Shown in pieces: positions 18,872 through 28,894 of a DNA stretch of 64,000 bases. The stretch lies in sequence record SRR20825006_932; one strand, written 5' to 3'. Within the stretch, counting starts at the first letter, position 1. Each line of letters opens with the position of its first letter. Under the pieces are notes generated by a model. The model saw only the letters and a list, made by a program, of their open reading frames with translations, was not told the origin of the DNA and did no database searches. The position numbers were made by a program, and so were the translations under genes.

Positions 18872-20893
18872 ATGCTGGCAATGAAAAAAGTAGTCTGTTT
18901 TATTGGTTTATTTATAGTTACTAATCCCCTCCTATTTGGTCAAACATGGAAGTTCGGGGATATTCCAAGAGATCAGCTTAATATGCAGATATATGAGAAA
19001 GATTCTACTGCAAGTGCTGTAGTTCTCTTTGATGTTGGCGAATTCTATGTAGATGAGAAGTTGGAATTACATTATAAAAGGCATGTTAGAATTAAAATCT
19101 TAACCGATGATGGCCTAGATGCTGGAGATGTAGCAATTGGTTTTAGGGAAGATAATCCCGAACAAAGAATTTCAAAATTGAAAGCTGAAACTTCGTACAT
19201 CGACAACGATGGAAAGGTGAAGAAATCTAAGCTTGGAAGGAAAGATAAATTTGAGAATAAGGTAACGGATAACTGGACAGAACTTAAATTTACTGCCCCA
19301 GGTTTACGAAGTGGCGCAGTATTTGAATATAGTTACGAAATGAAGTCTGAATCCCCTGTGGATGTTCCTGATTGGTTTTTCCAAAGAGAAATTCCTGTTT
19401 TATGGAGCGAATACACGGCTAAAGTTCCTGAATGGTTCAGCTACTTGCCCTATAAAAGATCATACCATCCCTTCTTTGAAGATTCTCAGGAACAGTATAA
19501 CGATAACGCCACCATTCAATATTCAGTTAGACAAGACAATGATATACGTGCTGCCAGAACAACATCTCATGCAAGCGCGAGGATAGACTTTAACGGAACC
19601 AAATATCGGTTTGCGATGAAAGATGTGCCGGCACTAACTTATGAGCCATACATGAAAGCAAGAGTGGATTATCTAGCACAAGTGCGGTTTCAATTATCTT
19701 CAGTTCAATTTCCCCAAGAATTACCCAGACCAATACTTAGAACTTGGCCAGCTTTGGTAGAGCTTTTTGATGAATCAAATAACTACGGCAAAAGATTGAG
19801 ATCAAGTTCAACCTTAAAGAAAAACGCAGAAGAAGTTGCTGGAAATAAAGAAACTGAATTAGAAAAAATGATTGCAATCTATGATCATGTTTCTCAAACT
19901 ATGGACTGGGATAATAGATATTCTACCTATGTAGATGAAAGTTTGGACAAGCTTTATAAAGAAGGAACTGGTAATAGTACTGAGATTAACTTTGTACTTA
20001 TTCAGTTGTTAAGAGACGCTGGAGTTGAAGCCTATCCACTTGTAATGAGTACGAGAGATAACGGCGAAATTATTTCAATTTATCCGATAGTAGATCAATT
20101 CAATCATACTTTAGCCTTAGTAAAGGCAGATGGAGTACACTACTTATTAGATGCTAAGAATGATAAACGACCGTATAATATGCTGCCAAGCTCTGCATTA
20201 AACGGCAGTGGACTTATCATTCAGAGTAAGGAAATTGATAATTGGGTGAATATTGTAAACACAGTACCTAACTCCTCGGTAAATTTAATAACACTTAAAG
20301 TGGGAGCTGATGGGCAAGTAACTGGAAATTTGAGCGCAAAAAGTTCTGGTTATTTCGCATTGGCTGAAAGAGCAGTTCTTGAATCTGAAGAACCTAAAGA
20401 GAAAATTAAAACAAGTTTATTTGTTGACCAAACTGGACTAGTTATCGACTCTCTTTCTACAAAAGAAGCGGAAAGGACTGAGCCTTATCAGTACAGTATA
20501 GACTTTAGTTACGAAAATGGAGACAATAGAGATGTGGTTTATATTAATCCGTTAAAAGTAGAAACGATTAACTCAAACCCTTTCAAGAAAAGAGATAGAA
20601 CTTACCCTGTAGATTACGATTATAACTTCTCTAAATCAGTTGTAATTAGCATATTTATAGACCAAGGTTGGGAGGTTGATGAAGCATTAGAGTCAAAAGC
20701 ATACAAACTCCCTAATGATACTGGAATGTTCTATCGTTTGGTTCAAACTCAGGGCACTACGATGTCAATCCGATATACATTCTCAATTACAAAACAGAGA
20801 GTAGCTCCTTCAGATTATGAAGCACTACGTAAGTTTTATGAAGATGTAGCAAATGACAATGCTGAACTAATAGTCTTAAAAAAATCAATTTAA
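18872..20893 (+). CDS. DUF3857 / transglutaminase-like / DUF3858 exported protein, catalytic Cys absent
   Basis: DSTASAVVLFDVG, HVRIKIL, GAVFEYSY, GNSTEIN, QFNH; paralog of 15766-17706. Confidence 0.85.
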   Translation: MLAMKKVVCFIGLFIVTNPLLFGQTWKFGDIPRDQLNMQIYEKDSTASAVVLFDVGEFYVDEKLELHYKRHVRIKILTDDGLDAGDVAIGFREDNPEQRISKLKAETSYIDNDGKVKKSKLGRKDKFENKVTDNWTELKFTAPGLRSGAVFEYSYEMKSESPVDVPDWFFQREIPVLWSEYTAKVPEWFSYLPYKRSYHPFFEDSQEQYNDNATIQYSVRQDNDIRAARTTSHASARIDFNGTKYRFAMKDVPALTYEPYMKARVDYLAQVRFQLSSVQFPQELPRPILRTWPALVELFDESNNYGKRLRSSSTLKKNAEEVAGNKETELEKMIAIYDHVSQTMDWDNRYSTYVDESLDKLYKEGTGNSTEINFVLIQLLRDAGVEAYPLVMSTRDNGEIISIYPIVDQFNHTLALVKADGVHYLLDAKNDKRPYNMLPSSALNGSGLIIQSKEIDNWVNIVNTVPNSSVNLITLKVGADGQVTGNLSAKSSGYFALAERAVLESEEPKEKIKTSLFVDQTGLVIDSLSTKEAERTEPYQYSIDFSYENGDNRDVVYINPLKVETINSNPFKKRDRTYPVDYDYNFSKSVVISIFIDQGWEVDEALESKAYKLPNDTGMFYRLVQTQGTTMSIRYTFSITKQRVAPSDYEALRKFYEDVANDNAELIVLKKSI

Positions 20894-20896
20894 TAG

Positions 20897-22819
20897 ATGA
20901 AGAATATTTTTCTAATTTTACTAAGTGTTTGTCTCTTTTCATGTAGTGCTACAAAAGAAAGTATCTTTGAACAGGAGGATACAAAGACCAATTTAAGTAC
21001 AAGCATTTTAGGTTTGGGTTCTGGTTCAATGATTAGAAATCATGAAACTACGCTCACCATAAATAGTAGCTCAAATGCTGTTTATAATGTTAAAGAGGCT
21101 CTAACAATATTTAGTAAAAAGGATAAAGAATTAGCCCAAATTCCAATCTGGTACGATAATTTTCGAGAAATAGATTATATAAAAGCGAATGTGCTAAATG
21201 CAAATGGAGACGTGATTCGATCGTACTCCGATAAAGATGCAGAAGATTACAGTGCTTTTGATGGATATACTTTCTTTTCAGATAGCCGGGTAAAGGTATT
21301 AGATCTCTATCATAATTCATTTCCATATACGATAGAAATCGAGTATCAAATAAATTTTAACGGCATATTAGGTTTGCCATCCTGGTATCCAAAATCCTTA
21401 AATCAGACGGTCCAAAAAGCTTCTTTCACAGTAGTAGATAAATCGCCAAATGGGATAAGGTATTATCAATCAAACTTAAATGAAGAACCAACAATAGTTA
21501 ATAGCTTGGGTGGAACGGTTTACAATTGGCAAACTGGTTTTATGGGACCTTCAAAAGGGGAACCATATAGTCCTCCTCTAAGAGAAACTTTGCCAAGGGT
21601 TTTAGTAGCACCGAACACTTTCGAAATAGAGAATACCCAGGGTAGTGCTGAAAATTGGGAAGAATTTGGGAAATGGTATTACGGTTTGGGAATTGGTACA
21701 AGAACACTATCTGATGCTGCTAAAACAGAAGTTGACGACCTATTAATTGGTATAACAGATGAGCGTGAAAAGGTTAAACTGTTGTATAGTTATTTGCAAG
21801 ATAAGGCGCGTTATGTGAGTATACAGCTAGGTATTGGTGGTTGGAAACCATTTTCTGCAGATTATGTTTTCAAAAACGAATATGGTGATTGTAAAGCACT
21901 TACTAATTTTATGCAAGCAATCCTTGAGTACGCAGGCATCGCTTCAAATGCTGTGCTAATTAATAGTGATTCTCATGGGCATATGCTAACTGAGTTCCCA
22001 AGCAATCAATTTAATCATGTAATTTTGCAGGCAACACTTTCGGATGGTGAGAAAATTTGGCTTGAATGTACTAGTAAGTATATGCCAGCCAATCATTTGT
22101 CGGGGGGTACACAAGGTAAAAACGCATTGCTAATTTCGGTAGATGGTGGGCAAGTAATTCAAACGCCAGAGAATAATCCTGAACAAAACGGCCGAGTTAC
22201 TTTAACGAGTATATTAATATCTGAAGATGGAAAAGCAGAGATTAAAACAATCGTCAAAAATACTGGAATATTTCAAGATAACTTACTTCATAGTTTGAAG
22301 CCTATAACTGAAAAGAAAAGATTAGAATGGCTTGAGGATGATCTTAGGAGTTCAGAATATAAAATGAGCAATGTCGACTTCAGTGGGTTAACAACATCTG
22401 AAGAGGGAGCGAGATATTCCTATGAGTTAGAAATGGATAATTTCGCCACACGATCTTCATCTAGGCTATTTGTACCAGTTAACGCATTAAATCAATGGCA
22501 ATTGAACCCTCCAGAGTCTAAGGATAGAAAGAATGAAGTGTGGCTTTCAAATAAGTTTTTAGAAAAAGATGTCTACGAATTTGAGCTTCCTTCAGATTAC
22601 GAAATGGAAGCACTGCCTTCAAGGGTTGAAATTGAAAATGATTTCGGAAGCTTTTATGCAAGTTTAGAGTGGGATGATTCTGGGAAATTGATTTATTCTC
22701 GGGAATTAATTCTCACAAAAATTAGATTAGACTCTGAGGAATACGAAGATTTTAGAACATTTTTCAAACAAGTTTCAAAAGCAGACAGCGAACGGTTTGT
22801 AATAGTAAAGAAAGGATGA
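20897..22819 (+). CDS. DUF3857 / transglutaminase-like lipoprotein with intact catalytic motif
   Basis: Lipobox LFSC, RYVSIQLGIGGWKP, YGDCKALT, FNHVI, WLECTS. Confidence 0.88.
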   Translation: MKNIFLILLSVCLFSCSATKESIFEQEDTKTNLSTSILGLGSGSMIRNHETTLTINSSSNAVYNVKEALTIFSKKDKELAQIPIWYDNFREIDYIKANVLNANGDVIRSYSDKDAEDYSAFDGYTFFSDSRVKVLDLYHNSFPYTIEIEYQINFNGILGLPSWYPKSLNQTVQKASFTVVDKSPNGIRYYQSNLNEEPTIVNSLGGTVYNWQTGFMGPSKGEPYSPPLRETLPRVLVAPNTFEIENTQGSAENWEEFGKWYYGLGIGTRTLSDAAKTEVDDLLIGITDEREKVKLLYSYLQDKARYVSIQLGIGGWKPFSADYVFKNEYGDCKALTNFMQAILEYAGIASNAVLINSDSHGHMLTEFPSNQFNHVILQATLSDGEKIWLECTSKYMPANHLSGGTQGKNALLISVDGGQVIQTPENNPEQNGRVTLTSILISEDGKAEIKTIVKNTGIFQDNLLHSLKPITEKKRLEWLEDDLRSSEYKMSNVDFSGLTTSEEGARYSYELEMDNFATRSSSRLFVPVNALNQWQLNPPESKDRKNEVWLSNKFLEKDVYEFELPSDYEMEALPSRVEIENDFGSFYASLEWDDSGKLIYSRELILTKIRLDSEEYEDFRTFFKQVSKADSERFVIVKKG

Positions 22820-22936
22820 GATAACTAAGTTTATCATTAAGTATAACTTAATGATCTATTTGGAAAATATTTATTTTGTAAGGAATAGTTCACTAGTAAG
22901 TCTTACTTTGCAAACAAAAATATATGAGGTTACGAA

Positions 22937-23410
22937 ATGAGTTCACTAAATAAAGCCATGTTAATCGGACGTCTCGGTCAAGAACCAGAAGTTCGTTACA
23001 CACAATCAAACACTGCAGTTGCAACCCTAAACATTGCTACAAGCGAACGCTTTAAAGATAGCAATGGCGAGAGCCAAGAACGCACAGAATGGCACCGCGT
23101 TGTTGCGTGGGGAAGATTAGCTGAAATCTGCCAGCAATATTTGCACAAAGGCTCTATGGTGTATATTGAGGGGCCGATACAAACTCGCCAGTGGGAAGAT
23201 AAAGACGGACAGAAACGTTATACTACAGAGATTAAAGCCTTACAAATGACTATGCTTGATAGCAAAGGCGATAATAGCGGTGGTGGCGGAAATAACAATT
23301 CCGGCGGTGGTGCTTCAAGACCAGCTGCTAATCAAAATGCAAAGCCAATGTCTAGCAATGTTCAGTTAGACAGTAACTTTGATGATATGGATGATGATCT
23401 TCCGTTCTAA
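22937..23410 (+). CDS. ssb: Single-stranded DNA-binding protein
   Basis: [24 protein letters not shown], Gly/Asn linker, DDDLPF tail. Confidence 0.98.
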   Translation: MSSLNKAMLIGRLGQEPEVRYTQSNTAVATLNIATSERFKDSNGESQERTEWHRVVAWGRLAEICQQYLHKGSMVYIEGPIQTRQWEDKDGQKRYTTEIKALQMTMLDSKGDNSGGGGNNNSGGGASRPAANQNAKPMSSNVQLDSNFDDMDDDLPF

Positions 23411-23427
23411 ATCTGATAAGATTTGTA

Positions 23428-23464
23428 AAGAGCGGTGTGGGCAGGGTGCTTTCACCGCTTTTTT
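23428..23464 (+). terminator. Rho-independent terminator after ssb
   Basis: AGCGGTG ... CACCGCT stem followed by a T run. Confidence 0.75.
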
Positions 23465-23520
23465 ATTTTGTAGCTTACTCCTAGGGAGTTAAATTTAGCT
23501 AAACTAATAATTAGGGACTT

Positions 23521-24906
23521 TTGGAAATTCTAAATGAATCGCATCATATTATGATGCTGTTATTTGCGAGTGTAGATGCCGGAGTAGTTTCAGGTAAAAT
23601 AGATGTCGTTGTGTTGTCAATACAAGTAATTGTAATGATTTTAGGACTGTTTTTATCTTCTATTTTTTCGGGATCTGAAGTCGCATTTTTCTCTCTCTCA
23701 GGACGATTAGAGGACCTAAACTCTGCTTCTGAGAAACACCGTAGCGACGCACAAATTCTAACTATGCTCGACAAGCCTCGTAGGCTTCTGGCTACTATTC
23801 TAATTTGTAATACCTTCTCTAATATTATTGCTTCAGTATTGGCAGCTGTTATTACGGGTTCTATTGTTAGCCATTTTGGGTTCTCAGAAATCTATGTCTA
23901 CACCGTAGAAATTGTGGTTTTAACTTTTATGATTCTGATTATCAGTGAAATTACACCAAAAATAATTGCGATTAATAACCCTCTATCTGTTTCAAGAAGA
24001 TGGAGCATGTTTATTTATATATTCTTTATTTTACTTAAACCACTAGCTAAACTAATCGCCGATAGCACCATTATCTTAGAGAAGTACCTCCCAAAACCAT
24101 CTAGTAAAATGACCACTGAAGACATCAAAACGATGGCGGAAGTAAGTGAAAAGGATGGGTCTATTAAAGAAGATGAAAGAGAAATTATTGAGAATGTTAT
24201 AGAGTTTGGAAATATAACCGTACGCGAAATTATGACTTCTCGGGTTAATATTGATGCGGTATCTATCAACGACTCTTTAAATAGTGTTCTAGAGATTATC
24301 AAAGAGAAGGCGCTTTCTCGCCTACCATTATATGAAAACGATTTGGATAATATTGTTGGAGTGATCTATGCTAAAGATATTCTTCCATATTTGAGTTCAC
24401 TAGAGGAAAACCCTTCCTTTAACTGGAAGACAATTTCACGAAATACCATTTTTATTCCAGCTACCAAAAAACTTGATGATCTCTTACGTGATTTTCAGCA
24501 AGAGAAAACACACATAGCAATTGTTGTTGACGAGTATGGGGGAACCGAGGGGTTGGTTACGATGGACGATATCCTCGAAGAGATTGTGGGTGATATTACT
24601 GATGAATCATCGGAAGACGAACAACTTTATACGCAGTTCAGAAATGGGATATTTATTTTTGACGCAAAAATTGACCTGGATGATATGGAAGATGTTCTAG
24701 GTTACAAAGTTGCTTCAGAAGAGGACGAGTTTGAAACTTTGGGAGGATTGATTTACCACCTTACTGAAAGTTTACCAACTGTAGGGGAACGAGTTAACTA
24801 TCATGATCTAGAGCTAACGGTTCACTCTGTTCTAAATAATCGAATTAAAAAAGTTAGAGTAAAAGTAATTGGGAAAGAGGATACTAAACTCATAGTAGAA
24901 CCTTAG
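23521..24906 (+). CDS. gldE: GldE / HlyC-CorC family (CNNM + CBS + CorC domains)
   Basis: FSGSEVAFFSL, EITPK, SRLPLY, VVDEYGGTEGLVTMDDILEEIVG; follows ssb as in Bacteroidota; TTG start. Confidence 0.82.
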   Translation: MEILNESHHIMMLLFASVDAGVVSGKIDVVVLSIQVIVMILGLFLSSIFSGSEVAFFSLSGRLEDLNSASEKHRSDAQILTMLDKPRRLLATILICNTFSNIIASVLAAVITGSIVSHFGFSEIYVYTVEIVVLTFMILIISEITPKIIAINNPLSVSRRWSMFIYIFFILLKPLAKLIADSTIILEKYLPKPSSKMTTEDIKTMAEVSEKDGSIKEDEREIIENVIEFGNITVREIMTSRVNIDAVSINDSLNSVLEIIKEKALSRLPLYENDLDNIVGVIYAKDILPYLSSLEENPSFNWKTISRNTIFIPATKKLDDLLRDFQQEKTHIAIVVDEYGGTEGLVTMDDILEEIVGDITDESSEDEQLYTQFRNGIFIFDAKIDLDDMEDVLGYKVASEEDEFETLGGLIYHLTESLPTVGERVNYHDLELTVHSVLNNRIKKVRVKVIGKEDTKLIVEP

Positions 24907-24912
24907 AAATAA

Positions 24913-25944
24913 ATGGCTCCAGTACTTAACTTTCAAGAAGACTTTGAACTCATTGCCTATAATAGCATGGGGCTGGCCTCTCAAGCTAAATACTTTGTTT
25001 CTGTAGTTACCATAGAAGAACTTAAAGAGGCTCTTTCATTCGCTGAAACTAAAAATTTGAGAAAATTGATTCTAGGTGGTGGAAGTAATGTGCTTTTCAT
25101 AACAGATTTTGAAGGGGTAGTTATAAACATGGCTTTGAAAGGCGAAAGTATCGTTAAGGAAGATGAAGCACATGTTTACCTAAAAGTTAATGCGGGCGAA
25201 AATTGGCATAAGCTTGTGCTTAGCTGTGTAGAAAAGGGGTGGGGAGGAATAGAGAATTTATCGTTGATTCCTGGCTCAGTTGGTGCTTCTCCAATACAAA
25301 ATATTGGAGCTTATGGTGTCGAGCTTAAAGACGTGTTCGATAGTCTTGAGGCTCTGGATATTTCAACTAGGAAAATTAGAACATTTTCAAAAGGAGAATG
25401 CAATTTCGGATATCGAAATAGTATTTTTAAGAATGAGCTCAAAAATAAGGTAGTTATAACCTCAGTTACTTTTAAGCTTCAAAAGAATGCTGAACCGAAA
25501 GTTGATTATAAAGCGTTAGTGGATCTCTTAGAAGATAAAGGGATTTTTTCGCCGACGATCAAAGATGTAAGTGAGGCTGTGATTGAAGTTAGGAAGAGCA
25601 AGTTGCCAGACCCTGCTAAAATTGGGAATACTGGAAGCTTTTTTAAGAATCCTATTATCTCAATAGCTCTATTTGAAGAGCTAAAGAAAGAGTATAAAAA
25701 CATGCCTAGCTACAAAGTCTCTAATAATTTTGTTAAAGTTCCTGCTGGTTGGCTAATTGAAAAAGCAGGATGGAAAGGCGTTAGAGAAGGTGATGCTGGA
25801 GTTCACGCAAAGCAAGCTCTTGTGCTCGTGAACTATGGAAAAGCTTCAGGAGCTCAAATCTGGGATTTAGCAATGAGAATCAAGGCGTCTATATTAAAAG
25901 AGTTTAAGATTGAATTGACACCAGAGGTTAATATTATCTCATAA
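24913..25944 (+). CDS. murB: UDP-N-acetylenolpyruvoylglucosamine reductase
   Basis: LGGGSNVLF, ENLSLIPG, PIQNIGAYGVE, GSFFKNP, QALVLVNYG. Confidence 0.97.
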   Translation: MAPVLNFQEDFELIAYNSMGLASQAKYFVSVVTIEELKEALSFAETKNLRKLILGGGSNVLFITDFEGVVINMALKGESIVKEDEAHVYLKVNAGENWHKLVLSCVEKGWGGIENLSLIPGSVGASPIQNIGAYGVELKDVFDSLEALDISTRKIRTFSKGECNFGYRNSIFKNELKNKVVITSVTFKLQKNAEPKVDYKALVDLLEDKGIFSPTIKDVSEAVIEVRKSKLPDPAKIGNTGSFFKNPIISIALFEELKKEYKNMPSYKVSNNFVKVPAGWLIEKAGWKGVREGDAGVHAKQALVLVNYGKASGAQIWDLAMRIKASILKEFKIELTPEVNIIS

Positions 25945-26010
25945 TGCATTTTTTGGAACTAAGGTTCTTATTTTAAGTTTGTTAATTAAGGAAGAATTAA
26001 AATAATTTTT

Positions 26011-27501
26011 ATGATACCACACATTCGAAAATTTACACTTTTACTTATAGTCGCAGTTTCTTTTAATGCCTGCGTTTCATTTCAAGTAAATCCAATTTCG
26101 GGTAAAAAGAGAGTTTATGGCTATTCATGGGAGCAGGAAAAGCAACTTGGGGCAGAATCTGACAAAGAGATTGTAGCACAATATGGGCTTTATGACGATC
26201 CTGAAGTAGCAGCGTATGTATCAGCCCTAGGCCAAGAGTTGTTAAGTGTAAGCCATCTTAAAAGAGATGATACTCCAAGTGAATATAAAGACATTGAGTT
26301 CACGTTTAGAGTGTTAAACAGCTCCGTTGTAAATGCTTTTGCATTACCAGGAGGCTTTGTATACATAACGAGAGGTTTGCTAGGCCACTTGGAGAACGAA
26401 GCTCAATTAATGGTTGTGTTGGGACACGAAATTGGCCACGTAGCGGCAAGACATGCATCACAAAGAGCCGCCGAACAACAATTCGGACAGTTAGCAGTAA
26501 TTGGTGGTGCTGTTTTGGGTGAATCTTTTGGTTTAGATGGTGGAAATATCCTTCAATTAAGTAGCCAGACTGCTCAATTACTCTTTCTATCTTACAGTAG
26601 AGACGATGAAAGGGAATCAGACGCACTTGGTGTTGAGTATTCAGCGATGAAGGGGTACAAGGCTGCTGAAGGCGGGATGTTCTTTACTTCCTTAAAAAGA
26701 ATTTCAGAGAAAGCGGGAGGAGGGATTCCTTCTCACCTTTCATCTCACCCAGATCCCGGTGAAAGAGAAAAGACCATACCAAAATTAGCTAGCGAATGGG
26801 AACAAAAGGGCTATAAACAAACCAAAGTTGATCAGGACGAATTTTTGAGAATTACCGATGGGATTCTTTATGGTGAAAATCCTAGAGATGGCTTTGAGAA
26901 AAATGGAGTGTTCTATCATCCTGATTTGAAGTTTAAGTTTCCTGTGCCAAGTGGTTTTGCCTTATATAATGAGCCAAGCGCTGTTATTCTTGTAAATGAA
27001 GCTCAAGATGCAGTGGTTCAGTTTACTATAGACCAAGAGAATACAACACCAAAATCTTCTATAGAAGCGATATTGAGCCAGGAAAGCATCTCAACAATAA
27101 GCCAAGAGCAAATAACAGTTAGTGGTTATTCGGGTTATAAAGCGGAAGCAAATGTTGCTACAGAAGATGGTGGAAACTTGCATTTAGATATCTCAGCTTT
27201 GAACTACAATGGAAATGTGTATCAATTTTTAAGCTACACTACTGAAGCTCAGTTTAATGAGTATAAAAGTAAATTTTCATCCGTTTATAATGGATTTGGA
27301 AGTGTGACCGATCAAAGTATTCTTAACATAAAACCAGTTAGTCTCAAGCTCATAAAAGCTTCAAAGACCGCTAAATTCCAAGAATTATTACCTTCTAGTC
27401 TACCAATGAATATTGAAGCATTGGATATAGCTATTATTAATCAAGTTCAGCTAGATCAGGTTATTAATAAAGGTGATTGGATAAAGATTCCTGTGCAATA
27501 A
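26011..27501 (+). CDS. M48 family zinc metalloprotease lipoprotein
   Basis: Lipobox FNAC, VNAFALPGG, HEIGH, SRDDERESD, SSHP. Confidence 0.9.
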   Translation: MIPHIRKFTLLLIVAVSFNACVSFQVNPISGKKRVYGYSWEQEKQLGAESDKEIVAQYGLYDDPEVAAYVSALGQELLSVSHLKRDDTPSEYKDIEFTFRVLNSSVVNAFALPGGFVYITRGLLGHLENEAQLMVVLGHEIGHVAARHASQRAAEQQFGQLAVIGGAVLGESFGLDGGNILQLSSQTAQLLFLSYSRDDERESDALGVEYSAMKGYKAAEGGMFFTSLKRISEKAGGGIPSHLSSHPDPGEREKTIPKLASEWEQKGYKQTKVDQDEFLRITDGILYGENPRDGFEKNGVFYHPDLKFKFPVPSGFALYNEPSAVILVNEAQDAVVQFTIDQENTTPKSSIEAILSQESISTISQEQITVSGYSGYKAEANVATEDGGNLHLDISALNYNGNVYQFLSYTTEAQFNEYKSKFSSVYNGFGSVTDQSILNIKPVSLKLIKASKTAKFQELLPSSLPMNIEALDIAIINQVQLDQVINKGDWIKIPVQ

Positions 27502-27527
27502 AAAAGAGACCCTTTCAGAGGCCTCTT
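27500..27527 (-). terminator. Terminator between the convergent M48 and small Cys-rich genes
   Basis: Minus strand AAGAGGCC-TCTGAAAG-GGTCTCTT followed by TTTT. Confidence 0.65.
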
Positions 27528-27611
27528 CTTTGTCATGTTTGAATTTCATTTGTTTTCTGCATAAAAATGAGGAATGGATCGTAGCTATCTAATTGTGATA
27601 AGAAGAGGGGA

Positions 27612-27842
27612 CTAAAACCCAATTTTTAACCGTGAAAAGTATTTTTTAAAATATTTAGTAATACTTTTATTCTGGCTATGATATTCTTTTCTGACAGTTA
27701 TTCTGCAGCTTTGGCAAGCTAGTTTTTTATGCCCCTTATAATTTAAATATGAAAGCTTAACAATATACAATCCTATAGGCCTTGGTTGACCTTCAATTGT
27801 GGCACAAAAATCACACCGTCTATTTTCTTTTTTCGAATCCAT
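27612..27842 (-). CDS. Small basic CxxC...CxxC (zinc-ribbon-like) protein, 76 aa
   Basis: Start trimmed to MDSKK, with AAAGGA upstream; CDFC and CQSC; flanked by terminators. Confidence 0.6.
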   Translation of the reverse strand: MDSKKENRRCDFCATIEGQPRPIGLYIVKLSYLNYKGHKKLACQSCRITVRKEYHSQNKSITKYFKKYFSRLKIGF

Positions 27843-28016
27843 TTTTAAACATCCTTTTCTTGAATAGTACAAAAAGAGATGCTTTTTAAGCTTATACAAT
27901 TCTATCAATATTTTAATCTATTGTATCAAAAAAGCTTTATTAGATGATTAACAATCTAATCTTACATAACAGGAACTAAGGAAGATCAGGAGTTCCTTTT
28001 ATAAAAGTGTGAGAAT

Positions 28017-28045
28017 AAAAAAAGAGACCCAAATAAGGTCTCTTT
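28017..28045 (-). terminator. Terminator of the amtB-barrel unit
   Basis: 9-bp stem AAAGAGACC/GGTCTCTTT with a T run on the minus strand. Confidence 0.75.
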
Positions 28046-28064
28046 AGAAATCGAAGTGGTTTTA

Positions 28065-28754
28065 TTACAGCGAGAATCCAAATAATAGGAAACTAGATTC
28101 TGTATATGGATTTACGATAAAGCTTGTGCTTATGGGTAAAGAGAATGTATCAGTAAATGGAATCTCTTTAGAAGCTGTGATGCCAATATCTTGAATAGCC
28201 GCTCCAGAAGTTCCATACCAAGCACTAGCAGAAGGTACAAAACCAAGAAATACCTCTAAACTAATATCATCTACAGTAAACGGAATAGATGCGTTAATAT
28301 AAATTGAATTGTCAGGATCATTTAAAGCATTCAGATATGCAGTTATAGAAAAACTACTAGAATAACTTATAAATGGTTCTATTACGTGGCTGCCATCCGT
28401 ATTGAAATCAAAGTATCCTCCAGCGCCAGCAGGGAAGAAGTAGTCGGTTAAGCCAAGTGAAAGCGAAGAGGATTCGTTAATCTCGATAGAGTAAGAAACC
28501 CAAAGGTCTAATTCATTCGCCGCGCTGTTTGAGATCGCGTAAGACCCCCAAGTTCCTATTTCAAATCCTCCTGAAGAATAGCTTAAACTTGGTTGGTAAC
28601 TTAGAGATTGACCAAAATCAATTCCACGCCAGACATACCGGCTATTAACATCGGTTCCAAGGCTGACTTGCCCAAAAGTGAATGTTGTTCCGAGGAAAAT
28701 GGAAAATAAGATAGCAATGAGTGAGGTTTTAGAAATTTGACAAAGTGATTTCAT
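28065..28754 (-). CDS. TorF-like putative outer-membrane beta-barrel
   Basis: Signal peptide, SRYVWRG, GTWGS, ELDL, TDYFF, C-terminal FGFSL; directly downstream of amtB. Confidence 0.72.
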   Translation of the reverse strand: MKSLCQISKTSLIAILFSIFLGTTFTFGQVSLGTDVNSRYVWRGIDFGQSLSYQPSLSYSSGGFEIGTWGSYAISNSAANELDLWVSYSIEINESSSLSLGLTDYFFPAGAGGYFDFNTDGSHVIEPFISYSSSFSITAYLNALNDPDNSIYINASIPFTVDDISLEVFLGFVPSASAWYGTSGAAIQDIGITASKEIPFTDTFSLPISTSFIVNPYTESSFLLFGFSL

Positions 28755-28834
28755 GAGGAGAGTCCTTTGGTTTAAATTTTAATTAAGAAAGGTGTATCAC
28801 TAAAGGTGAGCTAATAGTGAAAGTCTGAAATAAT

Positions 28835-28857
28835 AGGGAGAGAGAATTTCTCTCCCT
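28835..28857. other. Intercistronic hairpin between amtB and the barrel gene
   Basis: AGGGAGAGA-GAATT-TCTCTCCCT, 9-bp stem, weak U tail. Confidence 0.55.
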
Positions 28858-28894
28858 TTGTAATTTAAAACCTATATAGGCCTTAAAACTGTAA

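Noticed and set aside
23266-23312. GGT/GGC/AAT-rich low-complexity stretch
   Set aside because: It encodes the ordinary Gly/Asn linker of SSB.
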